From NCBI GenBank assembly GCA_043228905.1, contig JBHGNT010000001.1, positions 31,372,001 to 31,436,000 on the forward strand: a DNA stretch of 64,000 bases, written 5' to 3'. Made by a program: the position numbers and the translations under genes. Positions 12,387 to 25,430 of the stretch are shown in pieces. This DNA comes from Azolla caroliniana. Taxonomy: Eukaryota; Plantae; Polypodiophyta. The notes under the pieces are model-generated. The model was not told where the DNA came from, searched no databases, and saw nothing but the letters and a program-made list of their open reading frames with translations. Position 1 is the stretch's first letter. Each line of letters starts with the position of its first letter.

Positions 12387-14529
12387 GTACATCATTAAAT
12401 GGGTCTTCCATTTCCTGTCCAATATGTATGTATGTATGTATGTATTTGATTGATTGATTGAAATTGATTGATGATGTTGCTAGCAGTAGTAAGCAGTGCA
12501 CGAATGGAAGAAGAAGAAGAAGAAGAAGAAGAAAAAGAAGGCAGAGAAGGAAAAGAGGATAGTTGATGATGTGTATTGAATGAAGACAGACAGGTTATGT
12601 ATGTATATATGTATGTATGTATGTAAGTCAGTGATGGCTGGATGGGACCGTGTGCCACATTTGTGCCACATTCACGAGGATACATAATAATATGAATGAA
12701 GACGGACAGACATTCTTTGTTTGTCCGGACAAGCCCATATTTAACCAAATAAGAAATTGACGTCTAGAGTTTAGACACGCCCTATAAGTTATTAACATAT
12801 ATAAATACATACATATGTACATACTTAGATAAGCTCGTGTGCTCTTTTCCATGTGTCCACTGTCCACTGGCAAAGGCTTGAAAGTTCCTCTTAGATTTCA
12901 ATTCCCAATTATGTATGTCCACGGGGGACTAGGAATAATATATGGGGGGTCCATTTAAGTCAATTTCCGCTAGCCTTTAATACCGTATTTAAAGAGATTA
13001 ATATTAATAGTATTAATTACACCATGTCACGCACCCCCCCCCCCACTCCAACTTCACACGCACACAAAACAAATCAGAAATGGGCATATACCATGTTGGT
13101 CTTACATGATCCACCAAAAAGTGTTTGTTGTCGCTTCACCTGGGCAGGTGGACCATAAGATCTCGAAGACACCTGAGAATCGATCGGGCATACCACATGG
13201 CCTTCGTCAATGTCACTAGTTTTACCCTTCTCACTCACCCTCAACTCTTGCGTGCCACAAGATGATTGTGTCATGATACACCCACACACCCTCATTGAAC
13301 TTAACCATGTGCATGCTAAAGATCAAATGTAATAACTTTAGGTGTTCCTTCTCATCACTAACCTCAAGAACAAAATAACATTAAACCTACATTTTAGGGT
13401 AGGCTGTCCTTTCAGCATACATCTTGCATTAATTCATTGAACACTAAATTCACGAGCATGTCCACTAATGATATTATAGTCATGTGTCCATGGTCAAATA
13501 AGCCTACGTAGTTTCCATGTGTAGTCATGTCAACACGTACTAAAATGCACTAATAAGTCTTACAACAATGTATTTGACTTGCATATCTCTTGGTTTGTGC
13601 CTTGACTATACTATAGTACATCATATTTCAAAGAAATGAAAATGTTCTAGACGTATTTATATTTTTCTTAAGATGTAGGGGATCATGAGCTCACAATTAT
13701 GGGGCCACACATATCAATGGGGCCAACATTGTCATATTTCAAAACATGAATGTGCAACGGATAAACATTATAATTTAGCATGAAAATATTATGTTGGCCT
13801 TTTCCTTGAAGAAACACACAAACATGAAAGCAAATAACAACAGAATTCGCTAGTCAAGCTAATCAAATTTTAGTTAGGTCATATTAGTTATTTTACCCAA
13901 AAAAATCCTCTTAGCAATTTTTAACAAGAAGGAATGAATACAAAATTCTTTGCCCATGATGCATCCAATAGGACTTGAACCACAACTTGAATTGCAAGAT
14001 TTACCAGTACACCATCATGTGAAAGACAACATATGACCTCATGCATGTAAGTGTGTGAGTATCTTAGTGCACATTCGCTTAACATAGCCAATTAACCAAG
14101 AGTGACTTTAAAACTACGAATCCCCAATTCAATCCAAATTAGGTTTTAAAAAGGCAAGAAAAATGGGAGTGGTGCACAATCAATGACATGAAAGTAATCA
14201 ATCTTATTGGAACTTGAATGATCCTCGTACTGAGTGATGTTAGAGGGAATCTAGTTCTATCTAGATTCTAATCTCTTGTATTGATAAGTACAATGGACTT
14301 CGACTTAGAGGGAACTCATAATCAACTAGTTTTCTAACTTCCAATGTATATTTCCTTGTGAAGAAAGTCAAAGAAGCTTCTACATCACACATTTGTTGGA
14401 CACCCACGACAAGTTTGTTTGCAATCTCCCAAATTTCAAATTGGTGGCATGGTGCTAGAACAATGCTAAAAGTGGTGCCAAAAGTTTTTTCCTTGTTGGT
14501 GTTTTTAGGTTTTTTGTGTCTCAACTAAC

Positions 14530-14960
14530 AGGCTTCACGACAACGAGGGAGCAAGGTCACCTCTTCTACAAGCTGAAGAAGAGCCTATATGGTTTCAAGC
14601 AAGCGCCGAGAATGTGGTATTAGAAGTTCAATACCTACATCTGGCAACTCGGCTACAACTGCTCGAACTCCGGCCGATGTATGTACACCCGGCAAATAGT
14701 TTACAAGTTCTGAATCTACATGATCCTATAATCCTTATCGCCGAAATCAGAAAGCTAAAGTGGAGTCTTCAATGAAAGAACTTGGAGTAGCCCGAAACAT
14801 TCTAGCCTCTAGGCATGCAGATAGAGCGAAATCGGACAAAGAAGATCTTCTGGCTCTCCCAATCCGATTACATCCGAAAAGGTGGTGAAGCGCTTCAATA
14901 TGGAGGACGCGAAGCCAGCATCGACACCACTTCTGACGCACATTGACTATCGGATAAAGA
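14530..14960 (+). mobile_element. Degenerate Ty1/copia reverse-transcriptase fragment
   Basis: Translates to KLKKSLYGFKQAPRMWY*KFNTYI, then MKELGVARNIL and VKRFNMEDAKPASTPL. These are copia RT motifs with a stop and frameshifts. No LTRs seen. Confidence 0.85.
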
Positions 14961-17900
14961 TTCTCCATCCACAACCATTTCTGAAAATTAAGGGTATTGT
15001 AAAACATTATGAAAATAAAGAGGGGGTACTTTCACAATCGACCCTCCAAAAACCGGTAAATTTTCATGACTACGCAACGAAAGAAGCAATGCGCGAGGAT
15101 GAATCCTAAAGCCTTGTGAGCAAATAAGTGCACCTCCTAAATTTCTTGCAACTTATTCCCACTTGATTTATCCATGGAAGGGATACTTCTATTAACTTTT
15201 ATTCCCATGTAGATGTTATCCATGATGTCTTTTCTTCTTTTACATATTTGTCGTTTTATCTCATTTAAACAAGACTCTAAACTCCAAAGCATACTTTAGG
15301 TTACTTTCGTGATTAACATTACCACTATTTATGGAACGGGACAAAATTGCAACGCACAAACTGCGTGAAGGTTAGAACATGTTTGATGTTTATTGAAACG
15401 TATAATGGGAAGCATTGTTTCAAATGTGTCTACTTTATTTCATGTACTCTTCTGCTTAACCATACCTTATTGAGAAGAATATTATGTCATTGAGTAGCTT
15501 TTAAGACCCGAACTATTATGTTTTGAAAATTTTGGAGTACAATGTTGGCCAATGGTATGGTTCACTTGTCTAGGAAGTCATATACATGTTTCAAGGGCTA
15601 TAGGAAACTGACAGATGTCCCTGCATATATTAGATTTGCTTATTTCACAATGTAAATAAAACTAATTAATCCCAATGTGGTTAAGTACCTTTTGGTTTGC
15701 GGAGTGATGAATGATTCGTGTTGGGAAAATGTGTACCTTACTCTTTCAAGTATCTAAAAAAGAAGTTACTTATGCAATACATTTATGTGGTTTAGGATCA
15801 CGCCATCATATCTTCTATGTCACTATTGTAGTATGTCTCCACATTTGTTACAATGAATATCAAAGGCCAAAAAATGGAGTGACACGAAATAATGAATGCG
15901 GATGTATGTGATGATCCTATGTCACACTTGTAAGTATGATCATTATATCAAATATCTTACACTTGAGACCTTGTTGGTAGACCAAAGGATAACATGTTGT
16001 TGATTCATGATGGATATTCAAAATCGAGTGCTCATCATATGATAAAAGAGTAGAATCATAGGCTTTCTTAAATAGCACTCGAAGGAGTTGTCTTTTTAAG
16101 AGACTTGTGATGGGAGATTAGATCTTCAAGTATTATGTCTAAAAGGAGTACGTTGCGTCAAGATTGATGTAAAGGATGTCTCAATATACTGGAACTTTAT
16201 GTTGATGGTTCTACTTGTGATTGGTGCAATGACAAAATGATGATCTAACTTATCCTTTCCTACCTTATGAATTAACGAGTTTTGAAGGTGTCACAATAAA
16301 CCTTTGTATTGACGACTTACCTACAAAGGCATTTTCCTAAGGTCAAGTTGGTCTTTTATAGCTTTCTTCTTGCAACTCCTTTGGGAAATTGGGTAGCATG
16401 ATGTCAACAAAGGTATAGATTCTCTATTTACTTAGCTGTTTGTGAAATTTAAATTTTTCATGAGGCTAGCCATATCCTCCATATAGCATGTAGTATCATT
16501 TGTTACCATTTTTATAGCACATTTTCAAAAAGATTACATCTTAGCCGAGGCATATCTTCATTGAAAGGAATCATAGAAAATGAAAAGTTTTACAGTTTCA
16601 GAAATTTATATAGGAAAGCAATGAGACCCAAAAAAAGTTGCGTCAATGGTGTCCATGAAGCAAGAAACAATTTTTACATTAACAAATTATACAAAGGACA
16701 TACCTTTATTCACAGCCAAGCAAGAGTCTATAAACATGTCGATAGGATGCTTTCTGAGTACAGATAAACATACATAACATTCATGTCAGAATCAAGACAG
16801 CATTGATCTGAGCTCATAACCCAACTACAAATATCTCCTCCCTGAATCACAAGGCAGTTTTCATATTTCCAAACACCCTGCTCTATTTTCGTTTCAAAAG
16901 TGGACTGGGGAACTGATTAAAAGTGTATTAACTCCTCACAACTATGAAATTCACATCACTCTTGTGCTTCCCATAAATTACAGATCAGAAACACTGTAAT
17001 CCAACAAACCAAAACACACATAGGCTAATATTTTACACTGATATCACATACAAATGCATGAAATCGGTTAACTTGGACAAGTTGAAAGACTTGAAATGAG
17101 ACAGCGTCTTGGCAATGCATCAGAAGAGACTTATGGAAACGCAACAAAACAAAAGTAGCAATCTGCAATTTGAACACGATCTCACTTGAAAACACAATGA
17201 AACCACAAAACATAAAGCAAACCCTCACCTCCATATTCCTTCGCCTCTCAATTACACATCATAATCCAACAACGCAGTGACATTCAACAAGATTATGAAA
17301 TAACTGCAGCCTAACGTGTTAATGTAGACCAATATAACTAGTTACCAGAACCCACTATTAAGACAATTTAACTCGATGAGACAAATGGACAGGATTAATA
17401 TAACAGTGTGAAAGCGCTCCTATCTTCATAGCTCGTAATTGTGTCCTTGGATTCTGTCTCCATCCAGCACTATAGTGAGCTTTGAAGCAATCTGTCTTTC
17501 ATTTTGTGAGGAATTAACAGCCAAATATGCTCATGCAAAATAGTAGCTAAAATCAATATGAAACAATAGGATGGGAGTTTATCCTTTATTAAATCTCAAT
17601 CTATTCCACTGTGCAACGCCACCATCCTGTGATACTAAAAGATACAATATCAATGCATGATGCAACATGATAGTGAAATATATCATATCCAGAAAGTTAG
17701 AGCCACAAAGCTCGATAAAAAGTCAGGAATTTATGGCAGAAATCATGGTATAGCACACTTATGGCAGCATTAACAATATATCACATTTTATCTGGAAAGT
17801 TTTGAGATACAAAAGAAGAAACTCATCATACCTTGTTTCCTAATGGAATGTACTTTGGGTATGTATAGATCACAAAAAAGTTGTATACAAAGTAAGCTGA

Positions 17901-18262
17901 AAGGAGATGTGATGTACTCTACAAGTGTTCCATCCAATTCTCTCCTACGAAAATGAATGGCAAATCAAAACACAATTTCTTTTTTGCATGGAGCACATGT
18001 GCCTTCCTTCGTATATATTCACATTCTTTTTCTCAGGTGGCCAGCGCATGCCCATAAGAAAAGAAGCCATGGCAAAACCAATGTACATAAAAAGCATATA
18101 CATACATCTATATATATAAATATATGCTTGCATTCCTTGTTGGATCACAAAAAAAAATCCACAACAAAAAAATCTGCATCATGTGCTCCAACTATACATA
18201 TAGATATATATATGAGAAAAAAGGGGAGTCTTTTCTTTTTCTTGTGTTCTTTTTTTGTTTCA

Positions 18263-19403
18263 TTAGGTTCTCTCTTGCTTGGCAGACATTCGCTTTAGAA
18301 ACTCATAGGTGGTAATCATGGTGGTTGCGGACATTGACATGGTCGCCCATCGGGGTCCGAGCCCTTTATAACAAGCTTTCCACCCTCCTTCTTTAAGAAG
18401 ATTTCGGAGAGTATCTCTCACAGTGGGTGGTTTTTTGTTCTCATCACTTTCCATGACTTGAAACCTCGTCTTGATAGTATCCAAAGGCGTGGTCACAATG
18501 GCTGCCACGCCGCCTGCACAAGCAGCACTCAGTCCTTGGACAGCAACAACAAGACTCGAACTCGGCACATATTGCTCTTTAACATTAGCATCATTATTAG
18601 AAGATTCTCTCCCAATTCCTAACCCTAAGCTCCTCCATATTGTTCTTTGAGTCACACAATAAGATGCCCACCATAAGGCACTTGAAGGGGCATAGGTCAA
18701 GATAGACATCCCAAAGCCACGGTACAAACCTCGGATGCCTTCAACTCGAACGATGGTTCGAAATGCATCAAACCCACCTCGGTAGTTAGTGCTATTAACT
18801 CCATGCTTAGGAGTAGAGTTAAGGTTTGTATTAGGGGAATGGTTAGGGTTAGTGCTAGTGCTAGTGCTAGAATTTTGTATAAGATTAGCATTAGGTTTGG
18901 TGCTAGGATTGTGATTAGGATTGGGGTTAGGACTGGGGTTTTTTACATTTGTCTGAACCATAAGGCGTTGGCTAATGACATCAACAGGCGTCCACACCAA
19001 TTGAGCGGCCATTGAGGCGCTTAACCCAGCGGCAGCATTCGCTGCTGCTGCTGCAGTTGATTCTGGAAGCCCAAGTAGATGCCGAGCAGCAAACCCAACA
19101 TTGCTTTTTGTGATCTCAAGTGTGGTCATATATAGAGCTCGAGCGGGTATAGTTCCCAGTAACGATGTACCAAACCCTTTGTATAGAGCACAAACACCTT
19201 CATTGCGGAGTATGTTAAACCCTAATTTGAGGCTAGAGGTGGTGTGGGTACCTGAATAGACTTGTTGGCGTGTCTTGAGAACAACTACTGGATAGAGAGT
19301 AGCCGAGACACCCGAGAAGAGGGCAGCACCTAGCACAAAAAAACGTGATTTGTCGAGCATTGTCCAGTCAATATCGGCAGGGAGACGAATCTCAGAGCCT
19401 GAA

Positions 19404-19435
<32 letters not shown>

Positions 19436-19537
19436 CGACGACGATGATGATGATGGTGAAGAGGAGGCGGATGTTGATGATGTTGATAATGTTGATGGCG
19501 ATGGTTGTTGTTGATGATGCTCAGCCCGAAGGCTCAT
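18263..19537 (-). CDS. Mitochondrial carrier family protein (SLC25A44-like), intronless CDS
   Basis: Three carrier repeats: YPVVVLKTRQQ, TPVDVISQRLMVQ, TPLDTIKTRFQV, with LYKGFG/LYRGFG/CYKGLG motifs. N-terminal IDWTMLDKSRFFVLGAALFSGVS is typical of the plant SLC25A44 group. Likely start ATG at 19537 (MSLRAE). Confidence 0.95.
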
Positions 19538-22416
19538 CTTCTTATCTAGATTAGTACCTATCCTTGCAGACCCAAATAAAAGCACAAACACAAACGAAAA
19601 CACAGTGGGAGAAGAAATCTATAACCTTCTGATGGGAAAAATTTCAGAGATTTGGATTTTGGATCAGATTAATGCCTAATCTTGCAGACCCACAAGATTT
19701 TAAAATAAAAAAAAAGAGTGGGGGATGAAATATTTGAATAAGCGAAACAAAAGAAAATAAACTATGGACTCTCTATCTATGATGCAAGCGAAGGAAGTTT
19801 TACCTCTCTGATAGATTTAGGGCTTTAGGGATTTGGATCAGGTTAGTGCCTATCCAAGTGATCCGCATATGGAATAAAAATTAGCCAAAACAACGCAAAA
19901 AAATTTCCCTCTGCCCCTCTCTCTGTATCTGATGCAACAGAAGAGTATGAACCGGTGATAGATTTTAGTGTTTTGGGTCAGATTTTAGTACTAACCTTTT
20001 GCAGACCAAAAAAGTGGGGAAGAAATCTGGACAAAAAAGGAAATTTTAGGGTTTGCTTTTTGCACGCACGCACACACTCTGGCCCTCGCTCTGAATATGC
20101 AAGAAGTTACAAAAGGATAACTCTCTGACAGATTTAGAGGAGGGGTTTCGGGCTCTAGTTAGGTTTTAGGCTTCTAGCTTCTGTCTTCTCTCTCTCACAC
20201 ACACACACACTCACTCACTCTTTCTCTTTCTCTTTCTCTCTCTGAGTTAAAACAGAAAACCAAAGGCGATGAAGAAGAAGAAGAAGATGAAGATGATGAT
20301 GATGATGCCATGAAAGCTCAAGTTTACACAAATTTATGATTTTTATCCATATCTCCTCCTCCTCTTCCCTCTGACATTTTTGCTTGCTTTTGGTCTGTTG
20401 TGTGTCCATGGTCCGTCCGTTTCACACCTGTCCGGCCTTCCCCTTTCTTCTTCTTCTTCCTCCATCCATCCGCAAGCCTTAATTAAAATTGAATTCATCC
20501 GTTGGAACTGCTTCATATTTACTCCTCCTTTCGCCCATACATCTATGTATCTCATTTGCAAACACCACACATGCCTCGTGTCCACCCGACCCACTGCACT
20601 TCCTCCCATATATCTGTGTCAATAGGACAACGCATCGTCATCTTAGATTTACCACTAGGTTAGCATATAGGGGTACCTTCCCGAGAGCCACATGTCCAGA
20701 TCTATCAAAATATTACCTATATAATCGCACCGTGTGGTCATCGTTACCTTACTGTGGCCTTATGGATGGATGGGATGGCCATCAAATTTTATAGTTACAA
20801 ATCGAAATGTGTTGATGGTGGACTTTTATGTTGTCTAGTTCGATGGCTTGTAAACCTCTTTGATTCAAGAATTTCATCACTCGAGAGACTCTTTTTTTAC
20901 ATGGTCAAGTCCGTCGATGGGCTTATTGACAAGGATCTAGAAGAGGTCATGCTAGGTAAAGATAGTTGGCTTGCAAGTATGTCAAATGCAATAGATCAAA
21001 CTATAAAAAATACGCAAAATGTAGCAAGAAGGGACGTAAGTGCAACCTTGGTGCAAGAGGAAAAGCAAACAAAATGTATTCAATATTTGGTTTTGAGATT
21101 ACAATCTCCACCAATTAGACCTTCATTACAATCTCCCCCTAAGTGTATGGACTCACTTCCACATGTTATTAGCTCTTCTTCTTCGCGTTTACTCATCGGC
21201 CTATCTTTACTTGTGAAAGCTTGCTCGTCCAATGTCACACGATCTTACACTTGATGATTCCAGATTCACAATACGTTGATATGAACATCGCGTCTTCTTT
21301 TTCCTCCACTAATAAAATCCTTAGTATGTGCCATATACAAATCTCATGTGCTAGATCGCGTGCTTTTGATCCATAATGCGATCGAAGAAGAACTTAAAGT
21401 AGGTTAAAAAATTTCATTAATTCTCACTCCTCGAATACACAACCATCTCGGGAGTATCCAAAGTTAACAACTTTTACAACATGATTGGTAGATTTGTAGT
21501 GACGGTTTATCCATTCAATTTATGCATGATGTAAATGGATAAGGTTTGTCATACAATGGTGCGTGATAGTCCTTACTTTACGTAGATGGCCTCGTACTTC
21601 TACGTATAAGTTATCTCCCATTCAGTGCTAGTTACATATATAGTTTAGAATTAGTTAGAGATACAATTATCGTCGATATAACAAAGACAAAGTTGGACTG
21701 AATCATTATGAAAGTGAATCTACTAAATGTTGATGTTATCTAAGATGAGAAAGGAATATGATCACACAAAAATACGTGCACAACAAGATAATGGGATGTT
21801 CAAGTAAAAAATGAGTTGGGGTTGTAAGCAAATGAAAGAGGTGTTATATCGATATGAAGAAATATTTGTTTTGTTCCGATGGAGAGACTGGAGAGGACAA
21901 TGAAGAAAAGGAGTCGAGAATGCAAAAGTAGTGCATATTGTTTTATTTTGTTTCTCATGGGAACTTCTAATCACAATTTACAAGTATAACAATTTTTTAT
22001 GCATGTGTGCTCCAAAGCCATAATGATTGGGGAGATATATATTTGCCAGATAAATAACAACATCCTTGAGAAGGTTATCGACAATACAATTTCAAACCCT
22101 TATGACATCATGGCAAAATGTGTGAAACTTGTGACATACAATTGGCATGATAGTGCAACCTTTGCCTGTTATATTTTCCTAGAATACAATGCTATTTTAC
22201 AAGTCATGAAAGCAAATACAATAGACATTCGGTTAACTGTGTGCCCACTTAACTGCACCATTCTATTAAGTGCGCTTTTTTGTATAGAGGTCAAAATCCA
22301 AATAAAAAAGTTTACATTGTTTCATGACAAAATTACATTAAACCAAATTGAAACTATGTTCTAAACATTTAGAAACAACAAAATGAGTTTATGTGTGAGT
22401 GTTTACAATTATGAGT

Positions 22417-22744
22417 ATGTGATTTTGATTCTTTTTTTATTTCTTTTTTTTATACTACTTTAGTATTTTTTATCTTTGGCTTGCCCGAAGGCTACAACTC
22501 ACGCGAAGTCATGTTTTATTAGCAGTAAATAGTCCATCAGGGGGTGTACCGAATGGTACGAGTGAGATACATGCACAGGATGACCTCTAGGATATGATGA
22601 GACTCGTAGACAGGCTACATTGTACCTTCTTCATCGTCGAAACCGTCATTGTTGTCACCGTCACCATCTTCGTCGTTGTCACTTATGGGCACAAACCACC
22701 CATTTAGGTACCACATGTATGTTGGTGATGTGATTTTGATTCTT
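22417..22744 (-). mobile_element. 5'-truncated non-LTR retroposed insertion (LINE 3' end or retrocopy) with 17-bp target-site duplication
   Basis: ATGTGATTTTGATTCTT at 22417-22433 and 22728-22744 flanks about 295 bp. On the minus strand the insert has an open ORF end, a stop, AATAAA and an A-rich tail. Confidence 0.7.
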
Positions 22745-24609
22745 GATTAACGAACATACACAAAGAAGGGCAAACAATTCTTGATGATTGTGAATAGTCA
22801 AGTTTGTGCAATGATCGATCGTGAACGTGAGCTCTCCTTCTCCATGTGCAACAAAACTTCCATCTATTGTCTTTCTATTTTTGTGTGTGCTTGTGCCGCG
22901 TGCGTGCGTGCGTGCATGCTATTTTCTTGCATGAAGAAAACCTCTCTCCTTCCCTCTCTCTTTCTATGCATCTTGTTTATTCTCAAAGATGGCAGAAGTT
23001 GCTGCTTGTGATTTGTCCATTGCTCCCCCACTCTCTTTTTCTCTCTCCTCCATCTGCACTTCAATTCCTCAAACTTGCCGCCACTAGGAAGAAAACGCAA
23101 GAAAAAAACTCATCACATCCAAGGAAGTTTATTAGTTTTGTTGCATAATGAATGTATCCCTCTGACATAGCAAAAAGGCGAAAACTAAAGGTAATTTAGA
23201 ATCGAGAAAGAAATTGAAGAGTATGTATGCTGAAACCATAAACGTTTCAAGTCAATTATATCACGTACATTGATCACTTTTCTTATCAAAGAATTGTATG
23301 ATTAGAGCACAGAAGGAAATATTTCAGAAAACCCTAAAAATTTCCAAAACCCCTAAAATGTTTTAGAAAACCCCTCAGTGCACACTAAACCGAATGTCTA
23401 TTTGTATATGAATGTTAACCAGCTATTATTATCATCTAGTTTTGTCTCGACATTTACTTATGGGTTTCCAAATATATAAATCCCAGTACTTTTGCTCTTT
23501 TTAAACAACAAAACTAAACATGATTGCAACAAAATAACAAAGATTTGAATGATAAATTTTTTTATAGGTTTAAGGAGGTTCAGTAGATATGATTGTGTGT
23601 CCAAATAAAAACTACAATGAGAATACCATGATCTTATGTGTCAATGCAAGGTATCCACTACCAATGTCAAGCAATCACAAACACAATCAACGTTATATAG
23701 ACAATACATCATAACCATAGAGATGCAACATACTTTTATTAGTTACAAGGGCAACAAAAATTGGATTGCAAAGAGGGTAAATCATGATGATGTATAGAGT
23801 GTAGTTGATTGCCACATACCCATTGCGGTGAATCAACAAGCAGCTCGAGGAATCCTGTTTTCTTCATTCCAAAGAAAAAGGCAAAATTTGTGTCATGCTC
23901 TATGTTGATGTTTTATACATGCAATCATAGCATTCAAGTAGGTTCATTGAAATGGGGTTTATAGTGTAGCCATCATCACATTGAATTAGGGAAATATGCC
24001 ATAACACAAATAACCTATGGCCATTATTCGATGTCGTTAATGTCTACATCTTAGGTGTTTGTTTTGAAAACGAGAGAAGGCTTCACTCTTTTTATATGAT
24101 TGATTATGAACTTGTTTCATTAGTGCTGGGACAACATTTTCCTACCTTTTTTTTGTCAAAACAAAATGTCCTTCCATTGGTTATATAGAAAGATCATAAT
24201 GGTTACAACATACAAAGTATTTTTTCCCAAGCCCTCTTGTGTAAGACAATGGTCGAGGAAACAAATCTATGTACTCCAACATAGAGAAAACAACCTAGTA
24301 ATTACAATATATTCCCTAGACACATTCCAAGGTATTCATATCCATAGACAACAATGAAAGTAGCTCTATTTGGAAACAAACCCTCTTTGGGCATAATTAT
24401 GAGCCATTCAATACTTCTTCAACCTGCTCTTGTTCAACATAATCTTTATAAAAAAAAACAAATGCTACCACAAGCTCTCAAGGTAGATAACATTGTATTC
24501 CATGCATGTACATCTTGGATTTGAAGGCGACCAACTATGTTGTTTGGTTTTTCAAGAGAACCACTTTTCACATTCGTGATTGAAAAACAACAATTATGCT
24601 TCCTCTTTC

Positions 24610-25430
24610 TACGTCAACCATCTTGCCAGATTACCACCAAATCCTTGTACATACAACAACAATTTAAGTAAAGTTCCCTCCTCTCCTCGTGAGCTTATTC
24701 TTCGGTCCCCATACCATCATCACTCGTCCTTATAAAAAACATAAAACCTGCTTCGTTAAGTCCTCATCAACCATCTCGTTGAATACCACCAAATTCTTAC
24801 ACATAAACAATAAAATGTGTCTAAATTCCTCATATTCTCATATGAATATGCTTCGACCTCCACACCATCATCACTCGTCCTTATCCAAAACATCAATTCT
24901 ACTTCATTAAGTCCACATCATCCATCTCACTGAATACCACCAAAATCTTGCACATACAACAATACAATGAGTCGTGTTTCCTCATCCCCTCAAGAGAGTA
25001 TGCTTTGCTCCCCACACCCTCATCACTGATCCTTATCCAAAAACATACATTTTGCTTTATCAAGTCCACATAAAACTTCTCGCCGATTACTGCCAATACC
25101 TGTACATACAAACAACTAAATGAGTCTAAGCTTATGAATAGACTATGCTTCAACCCCCACACCACCATCACTCATCCTTATAAAAAACATGCATTTTGCT
25201 TCATCAAGTCCACATCAAACTTCTTGTTGATTACCGCCAAAATCTTGTACATACAAACAACTAAATGAGTCTACTCTTTTGAAGAGACTATGCTTCAACC
25301 CCCACACCTCCAACACTCATTCTTATAAAAAACATGAATCGTGCTTCATTAATCCACATCAACCATCTCACTCTAGCTAATTTACCACCAAAATCGTGTA
25401 CCTACAAAAACAAAATGACACTATTCTCCT
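24610..25430. repeat. Degenerate tandem array, about 150-bp unit, about 5.5 copies
   Basis: Anchor TACCACCAAA/variants near 24632, 24785, 24935, 25088, 25232, 25383. Recurring CATCACTCRTCCTTAT..AAAACAT and AAGTCCACATC blocks. Confidence 0.9.

Noticed and set aside
13965-13985. B-box-like GGTTCAAGTCC on the minus strand (similar motifs near 48410-48425 and 61533)
   Set aside because: No cloverleaf or A-box could be built. At most decayed SINE remnants, so no tRNA is called.
20754-21254. 166-aa ORF upstream of the carrier gene
   Set aside because: Non-ATG start, no recognisable motif or splice structure. Probably TE-derived or random.
22808-23010. Weak fold-back with a GAGCTCTCCTTC segment reminiscent of a miR159/319 star arm
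   Set aside because: No mature TTGGACTGAAGGGAGCTCC-like sequence on the opposite arm, and pairing is short and bulged.
24610-25430. CRISPR-like periodicity
   Set aside because: Entire units are homologous, there are no unique spacers or cas genes, and the context is eukaryotic.
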